From: a virus
Taxonomy: Duplodnaviria; Heunggongvirae; Uroviricota; Caudoviricetes
Strand: one strand, 5' to 3'
Length of the DNA stretch: 38,422 nt
IMG/VR virus record: IMGVR_UViG_2925919700_000005
Span: 1-38,422 of that record
The notes under the pieces were generated by a model. It had not been told where the DNA came from, ran no database searches, and saw nothing but the letters and a program-made list of their open reading frames with translations. The translations under genes and the position numbers were made by a program. Numbering within the stretch: position 1 is the first letter of the stretch; every line of letters starts with the position of its first letter. Shown here piece after piece: positions 35,796 through 38,422 of this stretch.

Positions 35796-35832
35796 TTAAA
35801 AAGGGGTACATCTGTACCCCTTAACTGTTTTA
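35796..35832. terminator. Palindromic hairpin GGGGTACA-TC-TGTACCCC between convergent genes (terminator-like)
   Basis: Perfect 8-bp inverted repeat around a central TC, A-run upstream and T-rich downstream. Confidence 0.55.
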
Positions 35833-35858
35833 GCTCGTTATACGTCGATTTAGGCCGC

Positions 35859-37538
35859 TTAAATTCCAAATTCCTGTAATGGACCTGGTATTTCCTCTTC
35901 TGGTTTCCAGTTCTTATCTGTCAGCATGTCTAAACATGGATGCAGAACAAGCCCGTTACTCTCCAGAATCTGCCTATCATTGATAGTTTTCAAATCGACA
36001 AAGATTTGTCCTTTCCTCGTTCCTCTTGAATTTTCTATTACAACTCTCTGGGTCTTTCCATCGATGTATTCCAGTACAAACAAGTTTTTGTTTCTGTCAA
36101 TCCTGCTACACCCGATCCGCTTTAGAGCTTGCTTAATCTTAAACCGGACCTTTAGTCGTTCCTCGTTGTAAACATCTTCTAAATCAAATTCTGCGAGCTT
36201 CTCCCAGCCTTGAGAGTCAACAGAATACATTTCCTCTTCTGCCATCTTGATCTGATTGTAGAGTGTTTCACGCTCGCTATTGAGGGTAGTAATCTGATCG
36301 GCTAGTTCCTTCGTTGCTCCTGTCATAGCAGAAAGGGCAATCAGGTTATCAATCTTGCGTGATATTTCATCAACCTGTACTTTCAACGCCGGAACCGGAT
36401 TAGCCTTATCCTCAGCAATCCAGATTTTATCAGCCAGCAATTGCAATACAGCTTTCTCTAATTGATCACCTCGAAAACTCCAGTTTGGATGCTCGCAATC
36501 AAGTCTACGTGAACGGGTCGCATCACATGTATAACGATACTGGTCAGAACGTTTGTTCGTTCCCTTCACTTTAACCATAGCGCAACCGCAATGATCACAT
36601 TTCAATAGGCCAATACCACTAAGCAGGGGGATCGGTTTAACTTCTTCCTTGTCTCCAAAGTTCCATGCTCTAGCACCAATATTTTTCTTAAGGTGATAGA
36701 ACGTAGCATCATCAATAACACGAGGGTAATAATCCTTTAACTCATAGTTAACACCATCAACAGAGACCTCCTTGATACCAATCAAAGCGCGGGTATGAAA
36801 CAACCTTTCAACCATTGCCCGTGACCATTTTGAATGCTTCTTGTTGCTTACTGCTGGTGGTGGTGCATATGTCTCGTTAAGGTGATCCAGTATTTCGGCG
36901 GTTGAACGTCCATTCTTCCGTAATTCCACAATCTCCTGAACAACAGGGAAGTACACCGGATGAGGCAGCACATAACCGGAAGTGGTATCAGTCCACCACA
37001 TATTCTTTCCAACTTCCTCGATTGCCACTGCCGGATTCTGGGGATTTTCTTGATGCGATTTAATCTTAATCAGTGCGCTTGAATTAGTACGATTGCGCTT
37101 AGTCTGGCTTTCCTCATTACCACGGATGAATAAAAGGATGGAGAACATCAGGTCCATCGGGTTAGCGGTAACAGTATCCAGCGAGTAGATCTTGTTATCC
37201 ATGCCAGTAACAATGGTTATCCCCCTACGGATTATCGAAAGGAATAACTCCTGCGCACTGACAATATCGGCACGGGATAAACGGTCCAAGTTTTCAATGA
37301 ATAGCCAGCTACCAACAGGAACGGATCTACCAATTGCATCAAGGAAACGAGATAGCGCCCCTGTTTTAGAGTTAGCACCTTTAAACGCAGATACACCCAG
37401 ATCCTGATAATCATTTACCAGTTCTAAGTCATACTTTGCCGCAATCTCTCTCGCCATCCTGATTTGTCGTTCATAACTCGAACCATCACTCTGACGCATA
37501 GACGAGAAGCGAATATACGAATATAGTTTAGTTTTCAT
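35859..37538 (-). CDS. large serine recombinase (resolvase/invertase-type catalytic domain + recombinase domain + zinc ribbon)
   Basis: N-terminal YIRFSSMRQSDGSSYERQ (catalytic Ser motif), ENLDRLSRAD, Cys cluster CDHCGCAMV...YRYTCD, C-terminal coiled coil; 559 aa. Confidence 0.85.
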   Translation of the reverse strand: MKTKLYSYIRFSSMRQSDGSSYERQIRMAREIAAKYDLELVNDYQDLGVSAFKGANSKTGALSRFLDAIGRSVPVGSWLFIENLDRLSRADIVSAQELFLSIIRRGITIVTGMDNKIYSLDTVTANPMDLMFSILLFIRGNEESQTKRNRTNSSALIKIKSHQENPQNPAVAIEEVGKNMWWTDTTSGYVLPHPVYFPVVQEIVELRKNGRSTAEILDHLNETYAPPPAVSNKKHSKWSRAMVERLFHTRALIGIKEVSVDGVNYELKDYYPRVIDDATFYHLKKNIGARAWNFGDKEEVKPIPLLSGIGLLKCDHCGCAMVKVKGTNKRSDQYRYTCDATRSRRLDCEHPNWSFRGDQLEKAVLQLLADKIWIAEDKANPVPALKVQVDEISRKIDNLIALSAMTGATKELADQITTLNSERETLYNQIKMAEEEMYSVDSQGWEKLAEFDLEDVYNEERLKVRFKIKQALKRIGCSRIDRNKNLFVLEYIDGKTQRVVIENSRGTRKGQIFVDLKTINDRQILESNGLVLHPCLDMLTDKNWKPEEEIPGPLQEFGI

Positions 37539-37550
37539 ACCATTTCCAAA

Positions 37551-37587
37551 ACAAAAAGCCCCTACCGCGTATTATAACGATAGGGGC
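37551..37587 (-). terminator. Rho-independent terminator immediately upstream of the recombinase start
   Basis: GCCCCTA ... TAGGGGC with a T-run on the minus strand (A-run 37551-37557 on plus). Confidence 0.55.
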
Positions 37588-37603
37588 ATTGGTTAGTAAG
37601 TCA

Positions 37604-37849
37604 TTAATATTTCTTTCCAGTTAGTTTTGCATCACGTTTATTAATATCCTCGATATGACTCCATACACACGCAGTAATAAAGTCGTCATCGTCACCAACT
37701 CCGGCAACCTGTGCTAATTCAGTACACAGTTGATTTAAAGAAGGTGCAACGGCAGCACGCTTGACACTATCACCCTGTACATATTGTTCGGCATTTGCAG
37801 CACCAACCAAACCCAGAGCAAGAACGATACCAGCGATAATCTTTTTCAT
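37604..37849 (-). CDS. small secreted (periplasmic) protein with signal peptide
   Basis: MKKIIAGIVLALGLVGAANA|EQ: classic signal peptide with AxA cleavage site; two Cys in the mature part; AGAGGA SD. Confidence 0.65.
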   Translation of the reverse strand: MKKIIAGIVLALGLVGAANAEQYVQGDSVKRAAVAPSLNQLCTELAQVAGVGDDDDFITACVWSHIEDINKRDAKLTGKKY

Positions 37850-37890
37850 AATTGAATCCTCTTTGAATGAATTACGATATATTTATATCG

Positions 37891-38016
37891 TTAAAAATTG
37901 ATGCTAATTACCAGACCAAACACAACCGCACCAATCAAATCAATCCAGTTAATACACAATCCGCTATATTCTTTCTTGAATGTCTTGGATGAAATGCCAT
38001 CATGAAATTGTTTCAT
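37891..38016 (-). CDS. small membrane peptide (41 aa), below the ORF-track cutoff
   Basis: GGGGTGAG SD; translation MKQFHDGISSKTFKKEYSGLCINWIDLIGAVVFGLVISINF with a C-terminal TM helix. Confidence 0.4.
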   Translation of the reverse strand: MKQFHDGISSKTFKKEYSGLCINWIDLIGAVVFGLVISINF

Positions 38017-38022
38017 TGCTCA

Positions 38023-38100
38023 CCCCATACTAACGACAAGACAAGAAAGACTAATCATAGTTGTGAGACTTCCTCCCACGAATGAGATAAAAGCTAACAT
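38023..38100 (-). CDS. small hydrophobic peptide (25 aa), below the ORF-track cutoff
   Basis: GGAGA SD; translation MLAFISFVGGSLTTMISLSCLVVSM (25 residues; stop 38023-38025 included); a terminator-like hairpin (38115-38135) lies upstream on the minus strand. Confidence 0.35.
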
Positions 38101-38152
38101 GTTTGATTCTCCATTTAAAAAGCGGTGGGAATTGCACCCACCAAATTAGAAA

Positions 38153-38422
38153 TTACTTCTTGCTAATAAACTCTTTGTGGATAAAATCTAAGACTTCCTT
38201 TAACTTCTTATCGGTGTCAATCATCGCCGGAAGTTCTTCTTTAATATCGCGAGGAAGATACACATTACCTTTCCAGAACAAGCAACCACATTGAGCAATC
38301 GAATAGCTGAACATCCATTCACAATCTTGTTCTATCTCCCAGAATCTAACCTGCTCATCTTCGAGTTGAAGTTCGATTCCACGGCGGCGAGCATAGTTAT
38401 GGATTGCTTTGGTAATGTTCAT
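38153..38422 (-). CDS. hypothetical protein (89 aa or longer; start at or beyond the window edge)
   Basis: ORF runs to the last base of the window; Cys-rich (CEW...CGC); may be 5'-truncated by the window. Confidence 0.45.
   Translation of the reverse strand: MNITKAIHNYARRRGIELQLEDEQVRFWEIEQDCEWMFSYSIAQCGCLFWKGNVYLPRDIKEELPAMIDTDKKLKEVLDFIHKEFISKK

Noticed and set aside
1-38422. tRNA or rRNA genes
   Set aside because: No cloverleaf-compatible segment with a GTTCRANYC T-loop was seen in any intergenic region; this is a visual scan only, so a tRNA scan would be needed to be certain.

Overview
The window reads as a ~38 kb segment of a tailed dsDNA phage or prophage with a lambda-like siphovirus morphogenesis module, carrying an IS10 insertion in its tail assembly chaperone gene. 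Calls rest on reading the six-frame translations and the DNA by eye plus recall of protein families; no searches were run, so family assignments are from memory. Layout, left to right: (1) an accessory/early region with a Nu1-like terminase small subunit gene, several small genes, a ~1.1 kb repeat-rich non-coding segment (3.39-4.50 kb), an acidic protein, a Rha-like regulator and two leftward genes; (2) a rightward structural block: terminase large subunit, portal, a fused prohead protease-scaffold-major capsid protein, a 1173-aa tail fibre with a C-terminal S74 autocleaving chaperone domain, three tandem paralogous small genes, a lambda V-like tail tube gene, the chaperone gene split by a complete 1329-bp IS10 with a perfect 9-bp target duplication, tape measure, and a tail tip ending in a lambda J-like protein; (3) a lysis region with an M15-peptidase endolysin; (4) a leftward UvsW-like helicase, two GIY-YIG-like zinc-finger genes, a large serine recombinase, a small secreted protein and two tiny hydrophobic peptides. 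No tRNA, rRNA or CRISPR array was found. The most unusual points are the IS10 insertion in an essential tail gene, the ~6 kb island separating the two terminase genes, the repeat arrays at 3.2-4.3 kb, the triplicated glycine-rich small genes after the fibre, and the nuclease/recombinase cluster at the right end.
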